This document shows positions 10,383-20,160 of a DNA stretch of 27,442 nt, one piece after another. The notes under the pieces were generated by a model, which saw only the letters and a program-made list of their open reading frames with translations, was not told the origin of the DNA and did no database searches. Each line of letters opens with the position of its first letter. The first letter of the stretch is position 1. Source of the stretch: a virus (Duplodnaviria; Caudoviricetes); the IMG/VR virus record IMGVR_UViG_3300035164_000304, positions 1 through 27,442 of that record; one strand, given 5' to 3'. The translations under genes were made by a program, and so were the position numbers.

Positions 10383-11149
10383 TATAATTTTCCGTAGTCA
10401 ACCATTAGATATCCAGAACCGTGTGTAGTAACTGCTTCTGGTTTCTCATGTATTATTTCTTGTGCAAGGACTCCGTATTTAGGTAAGTCACCTGCTCCTA
10501 ATTCTATAGCTTCTTTACTCCACTCCCAAGTGTAAACATTGTAGTTACCTTCTTTATGGCTAAACGTAAGATTTTTTTTCAAACGTATATCGGAGAAAAA
10601 GAACATAGCTCCCATAGCTAAACTTCCTAACATACTAGTTTGTGAATTTTTATACGCTACCCTATCTCTTTCATATTGATTTCTTCTTGCTACCGCGTTT
10701 TCTGCAGCAGCACCTAGTCCTTGTAGAGAACTTCTATTTACTCCTTGTCCAATGTTTATTAGGTCACTTAAAACTTTTTGATTTTGATTTAATTGAGCTA
10801 ATCTAGCCTCATTCAAACCACCTGCTAAATTAACTACTCCACCCCTTTGAAAAGCTCGTTGCCTCTCAGCAGTTAGCGCCTGAGTAGACTCAAATCCAAA
10901 TCTTTCTCTATTTCTTCTAGCGATATCTTGTGCAATTTGTGATTGTTGCGCTACGTCTTCCGGCACTGCATCTATTAAACTAGTATCAGTTTGCGCTTGT
11001 TGCACAAGCTCATCCTCAAAAGGTCGGTAATCACGTATATATCGATCTTGCTGACGTTGCGTAACATCAGCAAATATTCTATCAGGATCTTCTTTCCTTG
11101 CCTGAATTGCTCGAGCTGCTCGAGCCATACCTGCTCTTGGACTACCCAT
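10382..11149 (-). CDS. Putative pilot/ejection protein with C-terminal intramolecular chaperone (Peptidase S74-type) domain, 255 aa
   Basis: Gln/Arg/Ala-rich helical body and a hydrophobic segment MLGSLAMGAMFFF, followed by SDIRLKKN...NVYTWEW...GVLAQEI...PEAV...GYLMVDY, the S74 autocleavage-chaperone pattern. Confidence 0.75.
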   Translation of the reverse strand: MGSPRAGMARAARAIQARKEDPDRIFADVTQRQQDRYIRDYRPFEDELVQQAQTDTSLIDAVPEDVAQQSQIAQDIARRNRERFGFESTQALTAERQRAFQRGGVVNLAGGLNEARLAQLNQNQKVLSDLINIGQGVNRSSLQGLGAAAENAVARRNQYERDRVAYKNSQTSMLGSLAMGAMFFFSDIRLKKNLTFSHKEGNYNVYTWEWSKEAIELGAGDLPKYGVLAQEIIHEKPEAVTTHGSGYLMVDYGKL

Positions 11150-11156
11150 ATTCTAC

Positions 11157-11681
11157 CTACGCTCCTCGGCTGTATGCATAACCTTTATTCTTTAGATATT
11201 GGCCCCCTATTCTACCAATATTGCCCTGAATATTTGTAGCTCTACTGAGTCTTGCTGTAGCTCTATTTAAATCTTCTGATCTCGCTAACTTAGCAGCTTT
11301 AGCTAGACCACTACCAGCATCCGCTGCTTGTCCTCTAGCTGTCGCTAATACGCCCACTGCTTCATTTGCTGCTACATCTCCGGCTACTACATTAGCTCGA
11401 AGAATATTACCAACAGCTCCCAAAGCTCTATCAGCGCTAGTGTCAACTCCAGAAACTGTGCTTAATCTAAGAGGTCCGCCAGTTGTAGCTTGCATGGTAT
11501 CAGCCTGCGCACGACCACGAAGAGTTTGACGTGTATCTTGCGATCTAGATTTATCACGCATACGCAGAAGCAAAGGGTCATAAGTTTGTTCAAAATACTC
11601 TTGATCCTCTTTTGCTATACGAGCCTGTGTTTTTTCTACTTCACTTGGCTGGTAATCTTGTTGTTTTGGTCTTCTACCCAT
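11157..11681 (-). CDS. Putative small internal virion protein, 174 aa
   Basis: Ala/Gly-rich C-terminal half; first gene of the ejection cluster; translational coupling at 11681. Confidence 0.55.
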   Translation of the reverse strand: MGRRPKQQDYQPSEVEKTQARIAKEDQEYFEQTYDPLLLRMRDKSRSQDTRQTLRGRAQADTMQATTGGPLRLSTVSGVDTSADRALGAVGNILRANVVAGDVAANEAVGVLATARGQAADAGSGLAKAAKLARSEDLNRATARLSRATNIQGNIGRIGGQYLKNKGYAYSRGA

Positions 11682-12124
11682 TACAGTTCCTTTTTATATA
11701 CTGTTGTTACTGCTTTAAATCCGTGCATGTTAGCCGCTCTGCTCCATCCAGAACGGTCGGAATGAAACTCCATTCCTGTTATGCTGGTATTTTGTACGAG
11801 CCTTTCTAAAAACTCCATCCCAGCTTCCATATTATTATATCCGGGTCTACTATAAGCAACCCAAATATATAAAGTTTTTTCTCCTCCAGCATCATTAATA
11901 ACTGAAAGGACTAAAAATCCTGAGTAGTAGTCTTTAGTATATGCCATATATAACTCAGAGCTACCCTCTCGTAAAGCTGCATATACGTCTGCAGGTATCC
12001 AATCTGCATACGATTTTTGAGTTACACGTTTAAGATCTTTTTCGATATTGCTGTAAGCAGCTTTTACATCCTCTACCGGGATATACTCGAAAACAGTGTC
12101 ATTAATAGTCCAACTCTTTGCCAT
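11681..12124 (-). CDS. Putative GNAT-fold virion-assembly protein
   Basis: Pattern G-F-L-V-L...LYIWVAY...ITGMEFHSDRSGWSR..GF is typical of acetyltransferase-like proteins preceding podovirus ejection genes. Start is probably ATG 12124 (GAGGT upstream) or 12133, not the track start at 12160. Confidence 0.55.
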   Translation of the reverse strand: MAKSWTINDTVFEYIPVEDVKAAYSNIEKDLKRVTQKSYADWIPADVYAALREGSSELYMAYTKDYYSGFLVLSVINDAGGEKTLYIWVAYSRPGYNNMEAGMEFLERLVQNTSITGMEFHSDRSGWSRAANMHGFKAVTTVYKKEL

Positions 12125-12785
12125 ATCGTCCATACCTCTTCCTTGGGGATAAACCTGCACCTTTATATTTTACTGTTCTTTTCACACCAATATTACCACC
12201 TCTACCTCTTAATTCTGCCTCAGATACCTGAGCTTGGAAGAGGTTAAAATAGTCAGAGGCAGCTACTGGGTCTGTCCATTCTTTACTAGGCATTCTTAAT
12301 AGCCTGTAAACAGCACCATAAATGATACCGTCTCGATAATCGTTACTAAAATTAGTATCTATACTATTAGTAGTTCTACTAGGTTTTAAAGCTACATTTA
12401 ATAGCAAACCATTTACATTTTTTGCACTGGGTACTGGCACTAGCCAAAAAGTATCCGGTGTTTTTTGTAGATACACAGTTGGTGTACCTGATTTATCTCG
12501 CCAGTCCGGATAATTTAATTCTAAACTTCTTGGACTAATAGGGTCCAAATCATTGCCATCATAGGTAGCCCATAATATTTGATGTACATCTGTACCGCTG
12601 GGTTGGTCAAACTCATACTCATAAGTCCCTGATATAGTAGTTATTGGGTCTAAATCATGAGTAAAAGCTTTACTCTTTTCACAAAGTTCTATGGTTGCAG
12701 AACGTAAAGTAGTTTCTATCAACGAATCTGGACAACCCGGAACGTATGGTAAAACGTCTTTAATTAATGAATCAAAACTAGCCAC
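12102..12785 (-). CDS. Putative head-tail adaptor/connector protein, 227 aa
   Basis: V.P.VPGCP...LR.A.IE.C...LVPVP...GA.YRLLRMP.KEWTD pattern seen in podovirus adaptor-like genes downstream of capsid genes; synteny. Confidence 0.6.
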   Translation of the reverse strand: MASFDSLIKDVLPYVPGCPDSLIETTLRSATIELCEKSKAFTHDLDPITTISGTYEYEFDQPSGTDVHQILWATYDGNDLDPISPRSLELNYPDWRDKSGTPTVYLQKTPDTFWLVPVPSAKNVNGLLLNVALKPSRTTNSIDTNFSNDYRDGIIYGAVYRLLRMPSKEWTDPVAASDYFNLFQAQVSEAELRGRGGNIGVKRTVKYKGAGLSPRKRYGRYGKELDY

Positions 12786-13464
12786 TTGATACTCCTTGGT
12801 CAGGTTGTACAGCTTGTTGAACTACTCCGCCTCTAGCTAAACTTGCAGTAAATAATTGATAATAACTACCAGCACGTTGTTGGTTTCCAGCAAACTCACC
12901 ATCTTTTAAATAAGCTCTATACAAAACAAAATTAATTAATGCATTTGCAAAGATATCATCCACTTGTATTAAATCAGTATTTGAACCAATACTAGTAGGA
13001 TTTTTAGAGTACACAACTTCTACATAAGCATTACCTGCTACTCCCGGATATACATAAAACACTCTAGGGTCATCACCATCAAAAATATAATGTTTTACTT
13101 CAGTACCATGGGTAGCATCGCCAGTTACAGTTGGATTATGCCAGTTTGGTTCTGTGCTATTTAAGGCATCTTCTAATACTACTCGGATACTCCTAGCTCC
13201 TGTTGCATTTGCAGCAGTGCCAGACACATTTCTTACTACTTTTATCAGTCTTAAGCCATCAGCTGGTATAGTTTGTTCCGTACCAGTAGTTAACTGTACA
13301 TTAGAATGTGTAGCAGTAGCATCAGGACGGATATTAGCAACTTCTCTTTGTGCATCACTTAAATAATCAAACAGCTCACCATCGGTCCAACGCACACCAG
13401 CATTATCCTGAAGTACATTGCGTACTCTGGATAAGATATGTTGTGCTTGTAACGTTCCTGCCAT
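12778..13464 (-). CDS. Putative head-tail adaptor protein (DUF6682-like), 228 aa
   Basis: L.D...VRWT..EL..YL.DAQ...RPDA...FYVYP...AL..FVLYRAY.KD pattern; position after the capsid gene. Confidence 0.65.
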   Translation of the reverse strand: MAGTLQAQHILSRVRNVLQDNAGVRWTDGELFDYLSDAQREVANIRPDATATHSNVQLTTGTEQTIPADGLRLIKVVRNVSGTAANATGARSIRVVLEDALNSTEPNWHNPTVTGDATHGTEVKHYIFDGDDPRVFYVYPGVAGNAYVEVVYSKNPTSIGSNTDLIQVDDIFANALINFVLYRAYLKDGEFAGNQQRAGSYYQLFTASLARGGVVQQAVQPDQGVSSG

Positions 13465-13710
13465 CTATTTTTTCTTAGTTGTTTTAGCTTTTGCCTTTGG
13501 TTTTTCTTCTGTTTCCTCTATAACATCTTCCATTGTTTTAGCTTTTTTGGGCTCTTCTCTTACTTCTTTAGCCCCAGCTTGTAAACAAGCATATCCAATA
13601 TACTCTGGGAATTCTCTTGCTTCTCCTGCGTATAAACGAACAGCATCACCAGTTTTTAGTGATACATATAAATCTGTTTCTGAGATAACTTTCATAGTTT
13701 TTCTTTCCAT
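13465..13710 (-). CDS. Small hypothetical virion-associated protein, 81 aa, Lys/Glu-rich tail
   Basis: AGGAG RBS 6 nt upstream of ATG 13710; stop abuts the next start. Confidence 0.7.
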   Translation of the reverse strand: MERKTMKVISETDLYVSLKTGDAVRLYAGEAREFPEYIGYACLQAGAKEVREEPKKAKTMEDVIEETEEKPKAKAKTTKKK

Positions 13711-13728
13711 TTAAAACTCCTGTTTAGT

Positions 13729-13755
13729 AGAAAGAGGTGGTCCGAAGACCACCCC
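13729..13755 (-). terminator. Rho-independent terminator after the capsid gene (probably leaky)
   Basis: Minus strand GGGGTGGTC-TTCG-GACCACCTC followed by TTTCT: a C(UUCG)G tetraloop with a short U-tract. Confidence 0.75.
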
Positions 13756-13763
13756 AATCTTAA

Positions 13764-14900
13764 TTAAAATGCGCAATCTACTCTGATTACACCAAAGTCT
13801 TCATCCTGACCAGTAATGTCAGAGTTGTAGACTGGTTTTTTAAGACCCATGATCTTACCGATAGAAATACCGTTTTGGTTTCCATAGTCGAAAGTGTCTT
13901 CAACTATTTCAGGCAAACCGATATCTGCCATAGCAAGAGCTTGAGCTCCACAGAATAGGTTAGCAGCGAAGTCAACATCACTACCAGATCCACCTTTCTG
14001 AGTACCTGAAGTACCTTGAGATGTGTTTGGTACGTGTCTGAATTCGTGAACCATAACGCCGTCAACCATTAAGCTAGAAGATCCAGCAAATAGTTCGTTG
14101 TTTGGTCCTCTGATACCAGCGCTTCTTACGTTAGCTAAGAAGTCAGAATCTAGTTTCAGATCAGCCATTACTTGTGGAGTAACAAAAAGATGATACATCT
14201 CTTCATTACCTGCGCCTCTCATACCTCTAATGTATTGGTCTTTAGCGTATGCTTTTAATTCAACAATAGTCTTGTAAGACATTGTGTCAGAAGCAGTTAA
14301 AGCAGAAGTGTCACCAGCAACTAAACCATTAGTTGCGTCTACTCTTCTGTGTCTGTTAGAAGTAGGGGCAGTTACATCACCATTAAAGGCAAGGTCAGAC
14401 AAGTTAGCACCTGAACCTAGTACTGGTCTAGTCGCAGCAGAACCACCGATGTTGTTGTTCTTTCTGTTGTAGTCAATACCAGCCAAAGTCAAGAATGCAA
14501 TTTGGTCTAGTCTGTCCGCCATTGCGTATGCAAGTGCGTCTCTTGAGTGCTCACGGAAGTTGACAACAGATTTTTGATCCGCTAAACGACCAGATAGTCT
14601 GTTCGCAAATCTTAATTGATCTAATTGTACAACGATGTCGAATGCTCTTAGTGCTTCTTCATTACCTTCGAGAGTGTTATCACCAACGATACCATCACCA
14701 GTCATGTCAGCTAAAAGTGTTAATACAGCTCTAGCTCCTTTTTCTGATTGAGTAAGTTCATTTATTCTCTGAACCATAGCGTTGGGTCCACTACCCGCGA
14801 ATTGGTTAATGAAGGACATGTTTCGAGCGACTCGCCAAAAATCACGAGACCAGATAGTAAGCTGTTCACTGGTCAACGCGCTAAAATTTGTATTAGCCAT
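13764..14900 (-). CDS. Major capsid protein, N4-gp56/DUF4043 family
   Basis: Motifs WS...RINELT.SEKG..AV.TL..D..GDG..GDN.LEGNEE, F..P...ADL..D, LF.G....DGV..HE, L.CGAQAL, FDYGN..GISI..I.G..KP.Y...DFGVI. GGAGG RBS upstream of ATG 14900 (the track starts at TTG 14912). Confidence 0.9.
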   Translation of the reverse strand: MANTNFSALTSEQLTIWSRDFWRVARNMSFINQFAGSGPNAMVQRINELTQSEKGARAVLTLLADMTGDGIVGDNTLEGNEEALRAFDIVVQLDQLRFANRLSGRLADQKSVVNFREHSRDALAYAMADRLDQIAFLTLAGIDYNRKNNNIGGSAATRPVLGSGANLSDLAFNGDVTAPTSNRHRRVDATNGLVAGDTSALTASDTMSYKTIVELKAYAKDQYIRGMRGAGNEEMYHLFVTPQVMADLKLDSDFLANVRSAGIRGPNNELFAGSSSLMVDGVMVHEFRHVPNTSQGTSGTQKGGSGSDVDFAANLFCGAQALAMADIGLPEIVEDTFDYGNQNGISIGKIMGLKKPVYNSDITGQDEDFGVIRVDCAF

Positions 14901-15112
14901 TAGGCCCTCCAAATAAAAATTAATAAAATAACCAATCGCTATTTGGGGCGATATCCCGTATACCCTTTATCGTTGGGATACGATACCGTAGGTTTTACGA
15001 GCACGACCTCGAACAGTTAACGTCGTTGTAGACGAAAAAACGATTTTTATACTGAACGACCAGTTGTTGGATATCGTTCCAACCGACGAATTCTCTAATA
15101 CTATACTACTAT

Positions 15113-16177
15113 TTAGTCAAAGTCACCACGCATTCTGCGTAAAGTTTCTTCTGGTAGTGCCCCAAACTCATCATCTGAAAGAGTATTTATATCTACTACT
15201 TTCTTATTTTGAGTAGATTCACCCTTCATTTGAGGTGGTTGTGACTGTGAAGCTTCTACTTTTTTCTTGACTGTAGCTTTTGCTTTTTTCTCTTGTACAG
15301 CTTGACTAAGTTTAGGAGCAGGGTCTGATGCTTCTGAATCACCACCTTGTAATAGCTCGGGTTTTTTACTTAAAAGAGTTACTTCAGTAGCTTTTGCTAA
15401 AGAGTCAGCAGCTCCATACCCTTGATATATAAAAGCATCTCGTAGTTCCATAACTTCATTAGTTAATTTTTCATCATAAGCTTTACTTTTTTCATCAAAA
15501 ATAGGAAAAACTTCCATTATTTCAGTAGCTTTTTGATTTAACTCATGTAACTCACGATCTTGTTGTACGGTTTGACCCATTTTGCTTTGCATTTCAGCCA
15601 TAACTTGCTCTCTTTCAGCAGTTCTTATCTCGTTTCTTAACAAAGCAGCTTTTTCGGTTTCTCCTTCTAGAACTAAATCTTGGTAATCTTTTTCTTTTGC
15701 AACAAAGTCATACTCCGGTAGCTTTTCTGCTTCAGGAGCGTCTTTATCTTCCATATCTTGAAGTCTTTTTTGCATTTCTTTATTTTTTGCAAGCACTTCG
15801 TCAAGACGGGATTTTGGCACCATAGGTGATTTTGGTTCTTCTATCGACTCATCTACCGGTTCATCTTCCTCCACTGCTTCCACAGGTTGCTCATCATCTG
15901 TTGGTACTGAATCTTCGTCTGTCTCAACTGGTTGCTCTTCTGTTGCTTCAGCTGTTGCTTCCTCAGCTTCTTCCTCTGCAACTTCTTCTGTTGTTTCTTC
16001 TGCAACAGGTTCTTCTTCTGTTGTTTCTGTTTCTTCTGTTTCTTCAACGGTCTCCTCCTTGGGTTCGTCTTCAAAGTTCATATCTACTTGAAAAGGTTGT
16101 ACATCCTCTTCAGTTTTTGCATCAGCACCGGGCATGCCCTCAAATACTAATTCTTCTGTTTTTTTATCTTCAGCCAT
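15113..16177 (-). CDS. Capsid scaffolding protein, 354 aa
   Basis: Very acidic N-terminus, PMVPKSRLDEV coiled-coil motif and C-terminal LSDDEF.ALPEETLRRMRGD; lies between portal and capsid. Confidence 0.8.
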   Translation of the reverse strand: MAEDKKTEELVFEGMPGADAKTEEDVQPFQVDMNFEDEPKEETVEETEETETTEEEPVAEETTEEVAEEEAEEATAEATEEQPVETDEDSVPTDDEQPVEAVEEDEPVDESIEEPKSPMVPKSRLDEVLAKNKEMQKRLQDMEDKDAPEAEKLPEYDFVAKEKDYQDLVLEGETEKAALLRNEIRTAEREQVMAEMQSKMGQTVQQDRELHELNQKATEIMEVFPIFDEKSKAYDEKLTNEVMELRDAFIYQGYGAADSLAKATEVTLLSKKPELLQGGDSEASDPAPKLSQAVQEKKAKATVKKKVEASQSQPPQMKGESTQNKKVVDINTLSDDEFGALPEETLRRMRGDFD

Positions 16178-18279
16178 TATCTACCTCCTGATTTCATAGC
16201 TTCAACAGCAACTTTAGAAGCTGCTTGGGTTTGGGTTTGGTCTTTCCTCATGTCATTTGTTAATGCAGATAACTGCTGACGTAAGGCAAGTTCTTGTTGT
16301 TTCATCTCCATCTTAGACTGTATTTCAGCCACTTTAATTTGTGGATCGGCAACAGTGCCTTGAGCTTTTGCCATATTGAGTTGAGATTGAGATTGTAAAT
16401 TCTGTACTTCTGCTTCCATTTTAGCAATCTCAAGTTGAATTTTTTGTATTTCAGCTTGTGCTTGGAAAGCTTGTATTTGAGCCTGTTCTTCTGTCATTGG
16501 TTCCATTCCCTGCATTTGACGTATACGCTGTGCAACTTGACCTTTCTTGGCTAAGTGTGAGTAATCTACAATTAAGTCGTCTGGGATTGGTACACCAACC
16601 TGTCTTAAAGAGATTGCTTCAGCAAATTGTACTTCATCATAATTATCACGAGCCGGCATAGTACCGACCACTACTTTATACTCACCTAAAGTTAAATCAT
16701 TAATTATATCTCCTTCAGGAGTAACTTGGTTTACCACAATAGGTACTTCCGGCTTCATTGGGTCTGTTTCATCTGTAATCTGTATTAACCTTTCTTCTGT
16801 GTAATAAGCCTGAATTAAACGCAACACGTGTTCAGCTAGATACTGTCTAGTCTTTTGTAGGTTGTCTAATGGTACTTGAATCATTAGAACACCACGGTTT
16901 TGTTTCTGTTGTATTGCAACTCCAGACACTTCTGGAGAGTCTGTACCTAACATAGCGTCACTAATACCACTAATTGTTTTTATGTTAGTGGCAGCTTTTT
17001 GACCTAGTCTGTCTAGGCCGGTGGGAATCTGATTTGGTGGTATCTTCGCAGGGGGAGATGAGCCACGATTATACTCTAGTACCAAGCCAGTTTCCGCACC
17101 GTGTTCTTCTAAATCGTCAGCGGTCATACCATTTAATGACCCTGTTTCTACAATCCAACCGCTGTTAGCTGTAGTGTTTACTATGTGAAGTTCTTGTGAA
17201 CTTATTTTGTTGAGCTGTTCTTGTGGAGATATTAAGTTCCTTACCATACCAAATGGTCTACCTCTTCTCCAGTAAGGAAAGTATGGGACAATTGTAAAAC
17301 ACTCATACGGGGACCAGTCATCATGTAGTACAACTTTATCTGCAGTTACGGTCCAACGTACTTTACGGTCTAGCCTAGTAATCATCTCTAAGCCATATTC
17401 ATCTGCAAATTTCTTTTTCTTTCTTTCACCCCAGTTACCGGGTACTTGTCGCATGTCACCAGTAACAGCGTCAACATAGTAACTACATTCTTTGAGTTGA
17501 TAATACTGCCTTTCAATTACTCGAACTGCTCGCATTTGTCTGTTTTCTTCTGGGTTAGTTGTACTACCTTGGTTGTACTCTACACCAGTGTACGTATCAC
17601 CATAACGTGTTTCTTCATACTCTACAGAGTCTTGCCCCATAGTATTACCATATTCTGCTGCTACTCTTAGTTTGTCCGCAGGCTCTTGTCCATACTGTTC
17701 TTCTACTTCATCAAGACTCATCCACTTGGTTTCAAATATTTCATTCCAAGTTTTGGGATCATACTCCTTGGCGTCAGGGTCAATCAGAATGTCTAACGGA
17801 TCCTTGGTACTTATACGCACTTCTCCTTGGATATGATCCGTAAAATCTATTCTTACATCAAAGTAGCCTCGGTCTTGAATAAGACCATCAGCAAAAACTG
17901 TAGATTCTAGCCAATCTAATTTATTAGTATCAGCTATGTGTATGTATAATTTATTTAATACATCGGCAAGTTCCTGAGTACCATTGCCTTTTGGTTTAAA
18001 ATTAACGTCTGCTCTTCGAGTGCTTTGTTCACCAAGCACGGTATTGATTGTTGGTAATATAGTATTAATTGTAAGAGCTGGACGCCCTTCATCATCTAGC
18101 ACCGCTACATCAGCTGCATCCCACTGATTACCACGATAAAAAGCATCACATTTCTTTGCAGTTTCTATATATTCTAAGTGACCGTTATCACGCGCACGTT
18201 CGTAACGCTCAAACTGATTAGTTGCTATAGAATGCTCTTCTTCTGTACTTAACTTTTTCTTCTTCTTGCTGTAATTCAT
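16177..18279 (-). CDS. Portal protein (P22-like), 700 aa
   Basis: FY.G.QW...GRP.LTIN.I, G.V..L..PQ...NK..S and SGVAI motifs, plus a long Gln-rich C-terminal barrel helix; follows TerL. Confidence 0.9.
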   Translation of the reverse strand: MNYSKKKKKLSTEEEHSIATNQFERYERARDNGHLEYIETAKKCDAFYRGNQWDAADVAVLDDEGRPALTINTILPTINTVLGEQSTRRADVNFKPKGNGTQELADVLNKLYIHIADTNKLDWLESTVFADGLIQDRGYFDVRIDFTDHIQGEVRISTKDPLDILIDPDAKEYDPKTWNEIFETKWMSLDEVEEQYGQEPADKLRVAAEYGNTMGQDSVEYEETRYGDTYTGVEYNQGSTTNPEENRQMRAVRVIERQYYQLKECSYYVDAVTGDMRQVPGNWGERKKKKFADEYGLEMITRLDRKVRWTVTADKVVLHDDWSPYECFTIVPYFPYWRRGRPFGMVRNLISPQEQLNKISSQELHIVNTTANSGWIVETGSLNGMTADDLEEHGAETGLVLEYNRGSSPPAKIPPNQIPTGLDRLGQKAATNIKTISGISDAMLGTDSPEVSGVAIQQKQNRGVLMIQVPLDNLQKTRQYLAEHVLRLIQAYYTEERLIQITDETDPMKPEVPIVVNQVTPEGDIINDLTLGEYKVVVGTMPARDNYDEVQFAEAISLRQVGVPIPDDLIVDYSHLAKKGQVAQRIRQMQGMEPMTEEQAQIQAFQAQAEIQKIQLEIAKMEAEVQNLQSQSQLNMAKAQGTVADPQIKVAEIQSKMEMKQQELALRQQLSALTNDMRKDQTQTQAASKVAVEAMKSGGR

Positions 18280-19928
18280 TAAGAACTCATAGCTGATTTA
18301 CGTTTATCACTCTTGACTAGATATTTAAGCTTGTCTCGCCAAGACGGTTCATGTTCTATTTTCTCTACAAAAGTAGCGAATTCTGTCATCATTAATCCTA
18401 TCCATGCTAACGCATCCACTTGGTCATCATGTACCCCGTTTGGAAAACGTAAAAGTTCCGCAATAAGCGGACCAACCCATACCGGATCTTTCGGAAAGTA
18501 TACCATGCCTTGCTGCATTCTACCTTGTATTGCTCTAGCTCTCGCTTCCTTATCTCGTCTACCTACTTTTAAATCTTTAAAGTAAGCTTCGTTAAGTCCA
18601 CGTTCTCGAACACGTTTTTGTAGAAACGGACCTAATGCCATTTCTATGTGACCCTTCTCAATACCGACAACATGTGGTCGCCACGTTTCAAAGAGATCCA
18701 GTATTTGTTCAACAAGTTCAAAACCGTCGTACTTCCCTCTTATGCAATCTACTACGTACAAATTATCGTATTCATCAACCCCAACTACTACTCCTACGGA
18801 GTAATCGTTACGTTCTCGTTGACCAATCGCCAAATCCCATGCGCAATAGAAGCGTAATCTGTCAAAGTCTACTTCATTTTCGTCGTAATACCTAATCATT
18901 TCTCGGTTAAAGTACTCACCTTCGTCCGATACTGGGTTCTGTTGGTACAGCGCTGACCAGTCTCGTGGACCTACCGCTCTTTGAATCTGGGTCAGAGCTT
19001 CCGCACTGTACCGCTCTGGGTGAAGCGCGTCGCCCTTTTCTCTAAACTCTTCGTCCTTCTCAGCGATGGCTGGATACTTAACAACTTCCCACTGATCCGC
19101 GCCCGCGGCTGCCGCCTGTAATAACCTACCAGCTAAATCATCATCGTGCCATCGTGTAAGAATTACGAGTACACCACCTCCGGGGGCCAGTCGTGTATAC
19201 GCAGTAGATGTATACCAGTCCCAGACCGCATCCCGATTGTACTCAGATTCTGCGTCCTCTCTGTTTTTGACTGGGTCATCGATGACGAGTACGTGCGCTC
19301 CTTTACCGGTAATACCACCACCAACACCCGCTGCTACATAACCACCACCCTTGGTTGTATTCCATGACTCTACGGACTGCGAACTAGGGTCGAGCGATAC
19401 ACCAGAAAAGACATTTTTAAAATTAGGTTCTCTCAGTTGATGACGAACTTTACGACTAAAGTTCATGGCCAACGATCCAGAGTACGAACAGCTAATAAAT
19501 TCTTGTTCAGGATTCTTACCTAAATGCCAAGCTGGAAACGCAACAGAAGCCAAAGTAGATTTACCATGTCGTGGTGGCATAAATAACATGAGTCTAGGTG
19601 ACTTTCTGTCATTTACATCTTGGCTGAACTGTTCCAACCGTAGACATATGTCCTTGTGCACCCAACCCGGAACATAGTCTGGATTAAAACGTTCTACGAA
19701 CGGTAACAAATGTTTACGTGACAGTGCACGTAATGCAAGTTCTTTTTGAGCTTTTAATTGTTCAGTTTCTTCTGGAGTTGGTTCTTCTGCAACTTCTTCG
19801 ATTATAGGTTGTTCAACTCTTTCTGCTTCGTCTGCTTTACAGTACACGCAGATCTGATCGTCGCTCGGGTACAACGTATCTGGATGTAACGCTTTACACG
19901 TTAAGCATTCAATCTTTTTTATTTCCAT
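18279..19928 (-). CDS. terL: Terminase large subunit
   Basis: Walker A PPRHGKS, ITGKGAH, Walker B LVIDDP, TRWHDDDL, ALYQQNP, nuclease WDLA and FPNGVHDDQVDA. ATG at 19928 (track TTG at 19931). Confidence 0.95.
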   Translation of the reverse strand: MEIKKIECLTCKALHPDTLYPSDDQICVYCKADEAERVEQPIIEEVAEEPTPEETEQLKAQKELALRALSRKHLLPFVERFNPDYVPGWVHKDICLRLEQFSQDVNDRKSPRLMLFMPPRHGKSTLASVAFPAWHLGKNPEQEFISCSYSGSLAMNFSRKVRHQLREPNFKNVFSGVSLDPSSQSVESWNTTKGGGYVAAGVGGGITGKGAHVLVIDDPVKNREDAESEYNRDAVWDWYTSTAYTRLAPGGGVLVILTRWHDDDLAGRLLQAAAAGADQWEVVKYPAIAEKDEEFREKGDALHPERYSAEALTQIQRAVGPRDWSALYQQNPVSDEGEYFNREMIRYYDENEVDFDRLRFYCAWDLAIGQRERNDYSVGVVVGVDEYDNLYVVDCIRGKYDGFELVEQILDLFETWRPHVVGIEKGHIEMALGPFLQKRVRERGLNEAYFKDLKVGRRDKEARARAIQGRMQQGMVYFPKDPVWVGPLIAELLRFPNGVHDDQVDALAWIGLMMTEFATFVEKIEHEPSWRDKLKYLVKSDKRKSAMSS

Positions 19929-20160
19929 CAATCTCTAGTTCTGCTTCAGTTTCAATAACTACTCTAGCTCCACAAGGTAGAATAGGTTTATCTATACCAC
20001 CATAACGAACAGTAGAATCGCCTTTTATAGTTACTTCGTGACAATAGGTATTCTTTTGACCTTCCTTCACAGTTATAACTGGCTCATTCGTACCATGTTT
20101 TAAGTTAGCCCTTATCTTATGTTGGTTAACGTGAATGTATTTAATCTTTCTTTTCTCCAT
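19909..20160 (-). CDS. Conserved phage hypothetical protein, 83 aa
   Basis: IHVNQHKIRAN.K.G..EPVITVK...Y.HEV.I.G...L.CGARV.IET pattern recalled from other phages; overlaps both neighbours. Confidence 0.7.
   Translation of the reverse strand: MEKRKIKYIHVNQHKIRANLKHGTNEPVITVKEGQKNTYCHEVTIKGDSTVRYGGIDKPILPCGARVVIETEAELEIDGNKKD

Noticed and set aside
15880-16060. TTC/TGT-rich low-complexity repeats
   Set aside because: They simply encode the Glu/Thr-rich N-terminus of the scaffolding protein.
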